64,000 nt of DNA. Source: Limisphaerales bacterium (lineage in GTDB: Bacteria; Verrucomicrobiota; Verrucomicrobiia; Limisphaerales; SIBE01). The notes under the pieces were generated by a model. That model worked only from the letters and a program-made list of their open reading frames with translations. It made no database searches and was not told where the DNA came from. Positions 9,586-19,256 of this stretch are shown one piece after another. Position numbers and translations under genes: made by a program. Position 1 is the stretch's first letter. Each line of letters begins with the position of its first letter. The stretch is taken from contig JBGAIN010000003.1 in NCBI GenBank assembly GCA_044225505.1, forward strand, positions 62,001 to 126,000. Reading direction: 5' to 3'.

Positions 9586-10443
9586 TCATTTCCTGGCTGT
9601 GGCGTGAACAAGGAGCCACTCGAGATCTCGGTTGTTCGGACTCAGGACTGATCCGTTGTTCGGCAGATTGCTCTTTCGAATCTTGGGCATCGTTCGAGGA
9701 TCGCTCCATTTCTTAATCTCCGAATGACCGTCGGCAAAGTTCACCGCGGCGGCCTGGCCATGGTAGCTGGCGGGCCAATTGATGAAGTAGAATTTCAACG
9801 GCTCGAGCGGTTGAATGCTGTCGGTTTGAAGAGTGAAAAAGGAGTTATTAATGCTGTCCTCGCGCTCATCGATCAACACCCAGGTTTTGCTAGGCCCAGG
9901 AGCCACCATGTCGGAGGTCTTTCGGAACACCTTATATGGAGATTGTCCGGGAATATAGCTACCCGCCGGTACCATGCTGCCCAAGCCGCTGACATACGTA
10001 TTCATGGACACGCTCCGCACGCGCGGGTAAACCCGACCATTGATTACCGCCGTGGAATGATCACCAGGGCATCGGTAGACCTTGCTGGACTGAAGGTAGG
10101 GAGCGAGGTGGCCCGTCGCGAGAAAAACTTCGTTTGTGTTGTCGGGATTATTCGGCTCCAACTGCAGATAACCTTGAACCCAAGTCTTGTTTGGGTCCCA
10201 GGCTGAGTCGTTCTCATTGGGCACCACGAAATCCCTGTTGTCGTCGGCATACATCGTCCAAGCCAAGCCCAGCTGTCTGAGATTGCTTAAGCAGGATATA
10301 CCCTGAGCCTTGAGCTTGGCGCGGCTCAACGCCGGCAGAAGCATCCCGGCTAGGATCGCGATGATGGCGATGACGACAAGGAGTTCAATCAATGTGAATC
10401 CTAACGCGACACTGGATTTCCGGTTCTCGGTCAATGAGTTCAT
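9586..10443 (-). CDS. Prepilin-type N-terminal cleavage/methylation protein with H-X9-DG motif
   Basis: [34 protein letters not shown]-terminal [14 protein letters not shown]. Confidence 0.93.
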   Translation of the reverse strand: MNSLTENRKSSVALGFTLIELLVVIAIIAILAGMLLPALSRAKLKAQGISCLSNLRQLGLAWTMYADDNRDFVVPNENDSAWDPNKTWVQGYLQLEPNNPDNTNEVFLATGHLAPYLQSSKVYRCPGDHSTAVINGRVYPRVRSVSMNTYVSGLGSMVPAGSYIPGQSPYKVFRKTSDMVAPGPSKTWVLIDEREDSINNSFFTLQTDSIQPLEPLKFYFINWPASYHGQAAAVNFADGHSEIKKWSDPRTMPKIRKSNLPNNGSVLSPNNRDLEWLLVHATARK

Positions 10444-13400
10444 GGCTTGATCGTCGCTATGCGGTCTTGGCGGTCCGTTTCGGAAGAGGCAGCCGCGTGC
10501 CAGACCCGAATTTCTTCCCGGCTCGCGGCGATGAGGCTGTTCCCATCCGCGCTGAAGGCGAGGCGTCGGACATCCCAGTCAAACGCCTTCAGACGCAACA
10601 ACTCCTCGCCGGTAGCGAGGTCCAGGATCGAGATGCCGCCCTCGAGAAAGCCGACCGCCATCCGGGTTTCATCCGGAGAAATCGCGACACGGCAGACATC
10701 GCCCGGCAGATCGGATAGCAAGCGCGACTGGTCACCTGTGTTGACGTCCCAGAAGCGCACGTCAATGCCCGCCGTAATAAGAGTCCTCGGGTGGTTAATA
10801 AATCCCAGGTCGGTGACTCGCTCCTGACGTCCTTGCAGTGTGTGCGAGTTCCCTGACGGATTTAGCGGCCAATAATGGGTCACACCGCCGAAAAGGCCGA
10901 CGGCCAGTGCCTGGTCATCCGGAGAAAACGCCATCGACATGCAGGCCCAGGTGTCGGCGCCAGGGAAGGAGTGGGTTTGTGTCCGAGAAGGCACATCCCA
11001 GACGAAATACTTGCCGAACCCCCCGAACGCCAAACGCCGGCCATCGGATGAAAACGCGATTCGAGAAAGCCCGACTTTCTCGACTTGTGCAAACGGTGTG
11101 ACCTGGCCATCGGCCGCCCGCCAGAGAACGACGTTCCCCGCTCCGTCGGCGAAGGCAGCCGTTTCCCCGTGCGCCGCGATGGCGGCGCAGTAGAAGCTCT
11201 TGATTGGCAACGGCACTTCGCCCGTGCTTTGGAGGCCGGGCAGTTGCCAGACGGTGAACGTGCCGTTGGTGAAAACGCCCAGCAGGGCTGTGTTGTCCGG
11301 CGACAGGCAGATCGCGGCGCCGCAGCCTCCGCAGAACTCCGCCATGCCGTGGGTGAACTGGACGAAATCGCGGGCGTCCGTTTTCGCATCGAGCGGAAAA
11401 AGTGCCACCGAACCGTCGGTCGCGCCGGCCAACAACTCTTGGTCAGAGACAAAGGCGACACATTCCGCGTTGCCTGAAGGAGTGCTCAGCCCTGCGAACC
11501 GTTCCAGTGCTGGAACTGAGAAGATCGAGATGCTCGGGCCGGTTGTAGCCGCCAAGCGCGCGCTGTCGGGAGAAAACGCAACCGAATAGCTCGCCGCAGT
11601 TAGGCCCTCACGAGCCGCGACTTCCAGTCGGGCGGGCAGGTCCCAAAGCCGCAACGAGCGATCCATCGAGACCGAGGCGAGCCAATGGCCGTCGGGCGAA
11701 ACAGCCAGCGCGTTCACGTTGCGCCGGTGGCCTTTCAATCGCCCAGCTTCACGCCACCGACTGGTATCCACCAGCACCAGCGTCCCCTCGAGATCTTCGC
11801 TGAACACGAGAGTGTGGCCGTCCGGTGTGAATACAATCCCCTGAGGATAGGTCCGATCCGTTTGCGCTGGGAAGCGGGCGATTTCCTGGCCCGTGGGAAG
11901 TTCACAGATCCGCAGGTGCTCAGGGTCACGTTGATCCACAAAAGCGAAGACCTTCGAATCGGGGGAAATCGCCACGGGACCCTCTCTGGCCCAGAGATGA
12001 GGGAATAAAGCGGCCGCTTCACGGCGGGCGGGCAGATCCCAAATGACGACGGGCTTCTTTCCCGGCATATGGTTCGGGGTGTGAGTCAGGCTGACCAGCC
12101 AGCGACCGTCGGGAGAAACCGCTGTGGCCGTCACGGGATCATCATGGCGCAACTCGCCGGTCTGCTTTCGGGACGGGAGATCATACAGTTTGACAACTCC
12201 GTCCAGCCCGGATGAGAAGGCACCCTGGCCGCCAGGCAGAAGCCCGACGGTGTAAGGGGAGTTGGTGTTGTGCTTGCCGAGCAGAGTGTGCGGACTTCCC
12301 TGGCTCTGCCGCCACAAGTAACGCCAATCCCAACCGCGCAAGTCAGGTTCACCACGTGCCAGCGGAGCATGGCGCTTGAGCAACCGCCGGGTGGTCGCGA
12401 GGTCGCCGTCGATTTCCGCTTGGTGAGCCAGACGCATGTCCGAGGCGTACTGAGTACGGCGGGCTTCGAGTTCCTTGGTCACGGCGGTTCGGCGTGCCTC
12501 ATTGAAGCGCATCGCCGTGATGGGCCCGCCGATTCCGAACGTGAACAGGAGAAGCAGGAGGAGGAGCAAGGAGGTCGCAAGTGCTGGCTTGCGTTTGCAC
12601 CAGTGCCAGGCGCGTTTCGTGCGCGAGATAGGATGTGCGAGAATCGGTTCACTGTTCAGAAAACGTTCGAGCTCATCGGCCAATGCTTGTGCGGTTTGGT
12701 ATCGGCGTGAGGGTTCTTTCTCGAGACACTTAAGGCAGATAGTTTCGAGATCGCGCGAGACGGCTGGGTTCAGCGCGCGTGGGGAAGGCGCTGGTGTTTC
12801 CACAACCTGCCGAAGCGTGTCGAGGGCGTGCTTACCTGCGAATGGCGCCTTGCCGGTAAGCAGTTCAAAAAGGATCGCGCCCAACCCGTAAACATCGGCG
12901 GCAACGGTAATATCGCGGTTGTCGCGCGCAGCTTGTTCCGGAGATGCGTACGCAGGACTGCCAAAAAACGCCCCCGTGCGCGTCAAGGCGCTGTCCTGAT
13001 CCACCACCCGGGCCAGGCCAAAGTCGCTGATGCAAGGCTCGCCCACATCGTCGAGGAGGACATTCCCGGGTTTCAGATCACGATGCAGCACGCCGCGTTG
13101 ATGTGCATGTTGCACCGCCAGCGCGAGTTTTCGGACGAGCGAGGCGATGGATCGGGAATCGAGGGCTGAGGATTTGGAACGGGCAATCACCTCCGCCAGT
13201 GAGCCACCGGACATGTATTTCACCGCCAGCCACGGTTGCCCCTGATGCTGGCCCGCGGAGTAGAGCGGCAGGATGTGTGGATGCTCCAGCCGCGCGACGG
13301 TCTGCGCTTCGCGCTGAAAGCGTTCAACCTCCGAAGCGGAAAGCATGTGGCCGGGCTGAAGGAGTTTGAGCGCAACGACACGCCCCGGACCCCGTTGCCG

Positions 13401-13721
13401 GGCACGGTAGACGATTCCAGCACCCCCGCGCCCTAACTCTTCCATCAGCTCGAACTCACCGAAAGTGGCTTCGGCACGGCGCGGTCTTGTAGCGGCTACA
13501 TCTTCAGGTGAACCTCCGATACGCGGTTCCGTCGCATCACACCATTCGACTGCCCCTCGGACCAGGCATGCTGGACAGAGCTGTCCGGTGGACTTGGGGT
13601 TGAACGCGACGCCGCACAGCGAGCATCGGTGCTCGCCTTCCGACCGCTTTAGGTCTTCAAGTCCTGCATTCGCTTGGTCGGTCGGTCGAGATTGTTCAGC
13701 ACGGACTTTCATCAGCGTCAT
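10440..13721 (-). CDS. Membrane-anchored Hanks-type Ser/Thr kinase with WD40 repeats
   Basis: N-terminal CxxC...[29 protein letters not shown], one TM helix, many WD40 repeats (AVSPDG, SLRLWD). Confidence 0.95.
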   Translation of the reverse strand: MTLMKVRAEQSRPTDQANAGLEDLKRSEGEHRCSLCGVAFNPKSTGQLCPACLVRGAVEWCDATEPRIGGSPEDVAATRPRRAEATFGEFELMEELGRGGAGIVYRARQRGPGRVVALKLLQPGHMLSASEVERFQREAQTVARLEHPHILPLYSAGQHQGQPWLAVKYMSGGSLAEVIARSKSSALDSRSIASLVRKLALAVQHAHQRGVLHRDLKPGNVLLDDVGEPCISDFGLARVVDQDSALTRTGAFFGSPAYASPEQAARDNRDITVAADVYGLGAILFELLTGKAPFAGKHALDTLRQVVETPAPSPRALNPAVSRDLETICLKCLEKEPSRRYQTAQALADELERFLNSEPILAHPISRTKRAWHWCKRKPALATSLLLLLLLLFTFGIGGPITAMRFNEARRTAVTKELEARRTQYASDMRLAHQAEIDGDLATTRRLLKRHAPLARGEPDLRGWDWRYLWRQSQGSPHTLLGKHNTNSPYTVGLLPGGQGAFSSGLDGVVKLYDLPSRKQTGELRHDDPVTATAVSPDGRWLVSLTHTPNHMPGKKPVVIWDLPARREAAALFPHLWAREGPVAISPDSKVFAFVDQRDPEHLRICELPTGQEIARFPAQTDRTYPQGIVFTPDGHTLVFSEDLEGTLVLVDTSRWREAGRLKGHRRNVNALAVSPDGHWLASVSMDRSLRLWDLPARLEVAAREGLTAASYSVAFSPDSARLAATTGPSISIFSVPALERFAGLSTPSGNAECVAFVSDQELLAGATDGSVALFPLDAKTDARDFVQFTHGMAEFCGGCGAAICLSPDNTALLGVFTNGTFTVWQLPGLQSTGEVPLPIKSFYCAAIAAHGETAAFADGAGNVVLWRAADGQVTPFAQVEKVGLSRIAFSSDGRRLAFGGFGKYFVWDVPSRTQTHSFPGADTWACMSMAFSPDDQALAVGLFGGVTHYWPLNPSGNSHTLQGRQERVTDLGFINHPRTLITAGIDVRFWDVNTGDQSRLLSDLPGDVCRVAISPDETRMAVGFLEGGISILDLATGEELLRLKAFDWDVRRLAFSADGNSLIAASREEIRVWHAAASSETDRQDRIATIKP

Positions 13722-13881
13722 AAGGTTCTTGTAAAGCTGAAAGCCAAAGTTACTGGAAATTGCATCTTGGGGTTATGGTCCCGGCTCTGCCGAAGACCCC
13801 CTATCTTCGCCGACCATAGTCCGGGAGTCCTAATGGATTGAATTCCTGGCGCAACGTTCCGAAACGGCGACGCTTTGAAAC

Positions 13882-14619
13882 CTATCGGCTTAACACGAGC
13901 AGCAATTGCCGGAGCTCGGCGTCCACTTCCAAGGGATCCGCCACGCCTTCGGCAAGGGTCGCCCGCAGGATTTCCCCAAATCGTTTGCGCAGACGATGAA
14001 TGGCCACCTTGATCGCGGATTCGGACATTCCTGCTTGGACGGCGAGTTCCGCGTAGGTCGCGGACGCTCCTTGACCAAGCAGCACCGGCTTGAGCAGTTG
14101 GAACCGCCGGTCGTCACCGGCTTGTGCGGACTCTTGCCCGAGTCGATCCAAAGCGCGTCCGACCAGCGCCTCAGCCCATGAACGCTCGAATCTGGCCGCC
14201 GGTGTCTCGTCGGTGGCGGGTTCGAGCGCGTAGCGTTGCTCGGCATCGAGCGCATCAATCTCTACAAGTTTGGCGCCCGCACCGCGTTTGATGGCGGCGG
14301 CCTTGCGCCACTCGTTGGAGAGCCAATTCTGCAGAGTGCCCAACAGGAACGAGCGAAATCGTCCCGCTTCTGGCGTTGCTTTGGTAATTAGTTCGCGTTC
14401 GAGGAGGAAGGCAAAGAACCCTTGAGTCAAATCCTGGGAGTCCGTGGGATTGTGACCGAGACGCCTTAAGAAGGCGTAGACTGGATACCAACAACTCCGG
14501 CAAAGCTGTTCGAGCGCGCCTGCGCTTGCGGGTGAGCTGGCATCCCCTGCGGCCAGCACGATACTCCAATGGGTCGTGGCAAACACCCTTTGTTCCCTGC
14601 CGTCTTCCATGACCCGCAT
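13882..14619 (-). CDS. ECF-type RNA polymerase sigma factor (kinase-associated type)
   Basis: FATTHWSIV N-terminus, region 2 DSQDLTQGFF...RFRSFL, region 4 YAELA...IKVAIHRLRKR. Confidence 0.9.
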   Translation of the reverse strand: MRVMEDGREQRVFATTHWSIVLAAGDASSPASAGALEQLCRSCWYPVYAFLRRLGHNPTDSQDLTQGFFAFLLERELITKATPEAGRFRSFLLGTLQNWLSNEWRKAAAIKRGAGAKLVEIDALDAEQRYALEPATDETPAARFERSWAEALVGRALDRLGQESAQAGDDRRFQLLKPVLLGQGASATYAELAVQAGMSESAIKVAIHRLRKRFGEILRATLAEGVADPLEVDAELRQLLLVLSR

Positions 14620-14814
14620 GCTATCGGCCCAAGTCGGACAAGCAACGCCGTATTGACACGACGAGCGGACTTCCTTTGCACCATATCAACCGACACTTTT
14701 ACCATCCTGCAGGCAGGCTCTGTTTCGGTTTAACCGAAGTGTTTGTTCGGATAGGCGTATTCGCCCAATCCGCTCTGTCGGCTTACTGTCGTTACGTAGA
14801 ACGTATCAAAATCG

Positions 14815-15903
14815 ATGACTGAATCAATTTGGCTCTGGGTGGGATTTAACGCGTTCATTCTCGCGATGTTGGCGTTGGATCTCGGCGTGTTCCATCGCAA
14901 GACGCACGTTGTGTCGCTGCGGGAATCACTCACCTGGACGGGCGTCTGGGTAATGCTCGCGCTTATCTTTAACCTCGGCGTATGGCATTATTCCGGGTCG
15001 GCCAAGGCGGTGGAGTTCTTCACTGGTTACGTCATCGAAAAATCGCTCAGTGTGGACAACGTCTTCGTGTTCGCACTCTTATTCTCATACTTCGCAGTGC
15101 CCGTGAAGTACCAGCACAAAGTGTTGTTCTGGGGCATTCTCGGTGCGCTGATCATGCGCGCCGTCATGATCGCTGCGGGTGCCGCGCTCATCACGAGGTT
15201 TGCGTGGATCATCTACGTGTTTGGCGCGTTTCTCATCCTTACCGGCATCAAGATGATTTTGAAACGCGAGGAAGAGATCCATCCCGAACGGAACCCAATT
15301 GTCCGCGGGTTTAAGAAATTGATGCCGGTTACTCCGGACTATCGGGGCGACAAGTTCTTCGATCGCGAAAACGGCAAGCGTGTGGCAACGCCGTTGTTTG
15401 TCGTGCTGCTGTTGGTGGAATTCACAGACCTGATCTTCGCGGTGGATTCCATTCCAGCGATCTTTGCCATCACGAAAGACCCATTCATTGTTTATACGTC
15501 GAATGTGTTCGCCATCCTTGGCCTGCGCTCCCTCTACTTTGCATTGGCCGGCGTGATGCACAAATTTCACTACCTCAAGATCGGCTTGGGGGTGGTACTG
15601 TCGTTCGTCGGAGTGAAGATGATTCTTGCGCACACCGCTTGGAAGATTGACACGCTCATCTCGCTTGGAATCATCGTCACCATTCTCGCGACGAGCATGG
15701 TTTGGTCGTGGCTAAGACCGAAGCGTCCGGAACGAACGGAAGCCGAAAAAACAACTCGGCCGTCGTTGGAGTCAGAAACGTCAAAACCAATGAACACCAA
15801 CGGTTCCATAACTCAAGCTGTGCCCTCGGGTGCGCTCCGAGCAAGCGGACCGGACCTAAGCATGCGCCGCTCGCTGGAAATGAATCGGGAGATCACGAAG
15901 TGA
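14815..15903 (+). CDS. terC: TerC/Alx family membrane protein
   Basis: EKSLSVDNVFVF, DLIFAVDSIPA, TSNVFAILGLRSLYF. Confidence 0.95.
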   Translation: MTESIWLWVGFNAFILAMLALDLGVFHRKTHVVSLRESLTWTGVWVMLALIFNLGVWHYSGSAKAVEFFTGYVIEKSLSVDNVFVFALLFSYFAVPVKYQHKVLFWGILGALIMRAVMIAAGAALITRFAWIIYVFGAFLILTGIKMILKREEEIHPERNPIVRGFKKLMPVTPDYRGDKFFDRENGKRVATPLFVVLLLVEFTDLIFAVDSIPAIFAITKDPFIVYTSNVFAILGLRSLYFALAGVMHKFHYLKIGLGVVLSFVGVKMILAHTAWKIDTLISLGIIVTILATSMVWSWLRPKRPERTEAEKTTRPSLESETSKPMNTNGSITQAVPSGALRASGPDLSMRRSLEMNREITK

Positions 15904-16148
15904 AGAGACTCATCATCGCGCTCATCGGCGGCACAGTCCTCCTGGTCGGCGCGGCGCTACTAGTGTTGCCCGGACCAGGGGTGCTGATCATGGGAGCGGG
16001 CCTCGCGATCCTGGCAACGGAGTTTCTCTGGGCGCGCCGCGCGATGCGTCGGGCCAAGGGTGCTGCCGCCAGGATACGCCGCAGCTCGGGCATTCGGGAC
16101 TGGCTCCACAGGCGCCGCGGTGAGACGGCAAACCGACTGACTCCTTGA
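15900..16148 (+). CDS. PGPGW-family small membrane protein
   Basis: LLVLPGPGVLI...GLAILATEFLWARR. Its GTG start overlaps the terC stop (GTGA). Confidence 0.85.
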   Translation: MKRLIIALIGGTVLLVGAALLVLPGPGVLIMGAGLAILATEFLWARRAMRRAKGAAARIRRSSGIRDWLHRRRGETANRLTP

Positions 16149-16251
16149 GCCCAAGGACCACAGACCAATTCTGCCCAAGTGAAGGTATCTTTCAGGTGCG
16201 CTCCGTCGCGCTTCTTCCCTACTGGACCGACGCCGCGTTTGCCACAAGCGC

Positions 16252-18558
16252 TTACGGAGCGCGCACTTTGTACGCTGCGGAGACCGGCCCTGACCAGGGC
16301 GTCGACGTCCGCGGACCGCCGCTCTGCAGTTTCTGAAGATCACGTGCCCGTGCTATCACACGTGCATCCGTGGTCAGTCGGAGCGGGCCAGAGTAGAGAG
16401 TGGCATTGGAAGAGATGATTCCCTGAGGGCCGCGAGGGTCGGAACCGTCCAGGGTATAATAAAGCGCCGCGTTTGCCGGAACGGCAAATGTCAATGCAGT
16501 CCCTGGCGTAACCGAGTCCGCAAGCTTGGGGAGCCCAGGCCGGCTGACCAATTGTCCGTCGATGAAGTCCACGCGATTGCTCAGCCATTCTTTCATGTAA
16601 TCAACTTCCGTTTGATACGTGCCGCCACGGGGTTCCACCGCCCACCGCGCGGCCTCGCGAGGTTGCGCTTCCCGGAGTTCGCCAGCTAGCTGATCGATCA
16701 AGTTGTTTAAGTGTTGATTTGAAAACTGAGCCTGGCGCACCTCCTGCCAGCGATCCACCCAGTGCTGCCAAAAATCGGGATCACGGAAAAGGCGCGCCCA
16801 CCATGCGCCGGCAAAGAAGCGGCCGGTGTTCCATCGACGAGGATCATCGTCCCGTCCGTCGGTGGAACCAAGGGCACGATCATAATCCCAGTGCGGTCCG
16901 AAGGCTATTTTGCCGTTGCGCGGTTTGTAAAAGTAAGTGCTGAAATGAAAAGCGTCCACGTTGCCGCTGAGCACTTCCAGAATGTGGTAATCAATCCAGG
17001 AATCGACGTCGATGTACGCTGGATAGCCAACGCTTGGATCTTTCCAGTTCGCGCTGCGCAAGACGCGCTCGAACTCGGCAAAGTAATTCGCCACGTATTG
17101 CTTCTGCGCCGCTCGTTGTGGCAATTCAATGGCGCGTTCTTTCGGGTCGACATAGACAATCGACGTTAATCCGGTCCACAATCCGGATTCCCCCGGTCCC
17201 AAACGATCGATCTTAAAAAGGTATCCGCCGGTGATCTCGGGCAGCTTGACATCCGCGGGGCCCAACCGATCAATGTCGACGCGGTGCTTTCCAATCTTGA
17301 TCTTCTCTTCCAACACGTAGATCCCCTGGTATTGACGGGTGCTTATTGGACCCGATTTCCCCACAAAGAAAACTTCCAGGAACCGAGTGCGGGGGGAGTA
17401 ACGTCCCAGGTCTCGACTGAGTTGGTGGACAAATGGGTTGTGAATCATGACTGGCTCATACGCGTTGGGCCCATAGAGCACCCAGTCCGAATCCGGCGGC
17501 AATCCCAACAAGCCGTGGGATTGCTCCTGGTTCCATTCATCGACCAAGTTCATGACGAAGCTCGACTTTGGCATGTCTAAAGTACTCGAGCCGCGAATAT
17601 GGCAGCCCGCTCGACCGGCGAAACTCGGAGCGTTGGTTAGCGACGTCCGACCATCCATCGGCTCGAACAGAGATAGGTAAGCCAAGGCATCGCCCGCCAC
17701 ACGAGAGGGATCTTCTCCCAACGTATCCATGACCAGCACTGGCAGATTCGATGTGAACGTCTGCAACGAGGGGTGAAGCAGAAGATAAGTCTCACTCCGG
17801 GCTGGACCTGGCAGCAATCCCTCCGCGTAAGCACGCGCGCGGACATGGGCCGACTTACTGAGCGTCACGGACCTGGAGTAAATTGGAGATCGCGCATGGG
17901 GCAGACTGCCGTCCAACGTATAGTGGATAACCGCGTTTGAGGAAGGACAGGTCAGGTCGATCGGGACGCTTCCAATAAACGTCCCGCTCGCCTTTGAGAA
18001 TTCAACGGCTGGTGTGAATCCCGGGCCGTGAGTTGGATTCATCTTCCCTGGCGTAGGCCGGAAAAACCGCCCCGCCACGGCGGGTTCGCCAAGCACGCGG
18101 CCGTAGGAATTGTCCTGTTGTTGTTCGGGAAAATCTTTGAATTCAGAAACGACGTTGGTGCTGGAATCGACCAGAGCCAGGTATCCCCCTTGGCGATTGA
18201 GCTCAAAATTGGTATGTAAATGCAACGGATCAGTCCGGCGGTCTTTCCCGGAAGCGAAGACTAAGAGATACTTGTCTGACAGCACCATCACCTTCGGGAA
18301 ACGCCATTTCGTGAGGTTGGTGGGAGTGTCGGTCAAGAACCAGCCGACCAGGTTGACCGTCGCACGGCTTTGATTGGCAACTTCGATCCACCCGGACAGA
18401 TCGCCATCATCATCCTTCAAATTACTCGCATTCACAGCCAGGAACTCGGAAATGAATACGGGCGATGCAGCCTGCGCAACGGCGAGCTGCAGCGCGAAGC
18501 TCGCTACCGCCAGCGCACACTTAAATCCTCGGCCACCGTGGGTTCTGCTCATCGGCAA
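16252..18558 (-). CDS. cotH: Exported CotH kinase family protein with lamin-tail and Fn3/chitobiase-associated domains
   Basis: Signal peptide, LTD (VFISEFLAVN...GWIEVAN...FLTD...PTPG), YTLDGS twice, CotH motifs IRGSST, GNVD, GPHWDYD. Confidence 0.88.
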   Translation of the reverse strand: MPMSRTHGGRGFKCALAVASFALQLAVAQAASPVFISEFLAVNASNLKDDDGDLSGWIEVANQSRATVNLVGWFLTDTPTNLTKWRFPKVMVLSDKYLLVFASGKDRRTDPLHLHTNFELNRQGGYLALVDSSTNVVSEFKDFPEQQQDNSYGRVLGEPAVAGRFFRPTPGKMNPTHGPGFTPAVEFSKASGTFIGSVPIDLTCPSSNAVIHYTLDGSLPHARSPIYSRSVTLSKSAHVRARAYAEGLLPGPARSETYLLLHPSLQTFTSNLPVLVMDTLGEDPSRVAGDALAYLSLFEPMDGRTSLTNAPSFAGRAGCHIRGSSTLDMPKSSFVMNLVDEWNQEQSHGLLGLPPDSDWVLYGPNAYEPVMIHNPFVHQLSRDLGRYSPRTRFLEVFFVGKSGPISTRQYQGIYVLEEKIKIGKHRVDIDRLGPADVKLPEITGGYLFKIDRLGPGESGLWTGLTSIVYVDPKERAIELPQRAAQKQYVANYFAEFERVLRSANWKDPSVGYPAYIDVDSWIDYHILEVLSGNVDAFHFSTYFYKPRNGKIAFGPHWDYDRALGSTDGRDDDPRRWNTGRFFAGAWWARLFRDPDFWQHWVDRWQEVRQAQFSNQHLNNLIDQLAGELREAQPREAARWAVEPRGGTYQTEVDYMKEWLSNRVDFIDGQLVSRPGLPKLADSVTPGTALTFAVPANAALYYTLDGSDPRGPQGIISSNATLYSGPLRLTTDARVIARARDLQKLQSGGPRTSTPWSGPVSAAYKVRAP

Positions 18559-19054
18559 ACAGGGACGTGGTTCCGCTCCCCTTGAGGAACGCTCTCCCAG
18601 TCATACGATCGTGGAGGAGAATTGAAAAGCGCTTAAACTGGTGACATGCGTGACCCAAAGGGAAGACGTCGGTTCGGGGATTCGCCGACCTCAATTTCAG
18701 TTGGCGCCGTGATGGTGGATTTCGTGGTCTGCAGCTAGACTACCTTTGCTGTTAGAGAACTAAGAAGCTCAGACAGTCAAAGATGAAGGCGACTTCACGC
18801 AGCCGAAAGGCTCGACCAGAAGCCGCCTTCTTCGCTTCAGGTAGAATCGCATATTGATTTTGCCCTATCAGCGATGGGTTTTCGAAGCCTGCTGCATCCG
18901 GTTAATCCAATGAACTCGGTTGTGGTAATTGCTAAGTAGCTGTTACTTCGGCTGCGCCCAAAGTTCGGAACTCGGATACCAGATCAGCCCCTCATTCTGT
19001 GAGATCGGCGAGGCTGGTCGACGACGTGAGAGGAGCAAATGTCTCACACGACGC

Positions 19055-19067
19055 TGACAATTTGTCA
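19055..19067. promoter_or_regulatory. Perfect palindrome TGACAAtTTGTCA, possible transcription-factor site in a divergent promoter region
   Basis: Seen directly, next to GTGAGA-N10-TCTCAC (19026-19047). Confidence 0.35.
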
Positions 19068-19256
19068 ACAAATCATAAGGCATTCACTGTAAGTAGTTTA
19101 GACTTAAGATGGCGTCGGTTTGAAGTGCTTTTCTCCTAGGCTTGCCAGCCGGGAGCGGTGTCCTGAACGACGCCGATGGGCTTTTGGAGGCTCAGCCCAA
19201 AAGCGTTGACCGGTCCCGGGGCACTACGTTATCACCTTCCCTTTGCGAACCAAGCC

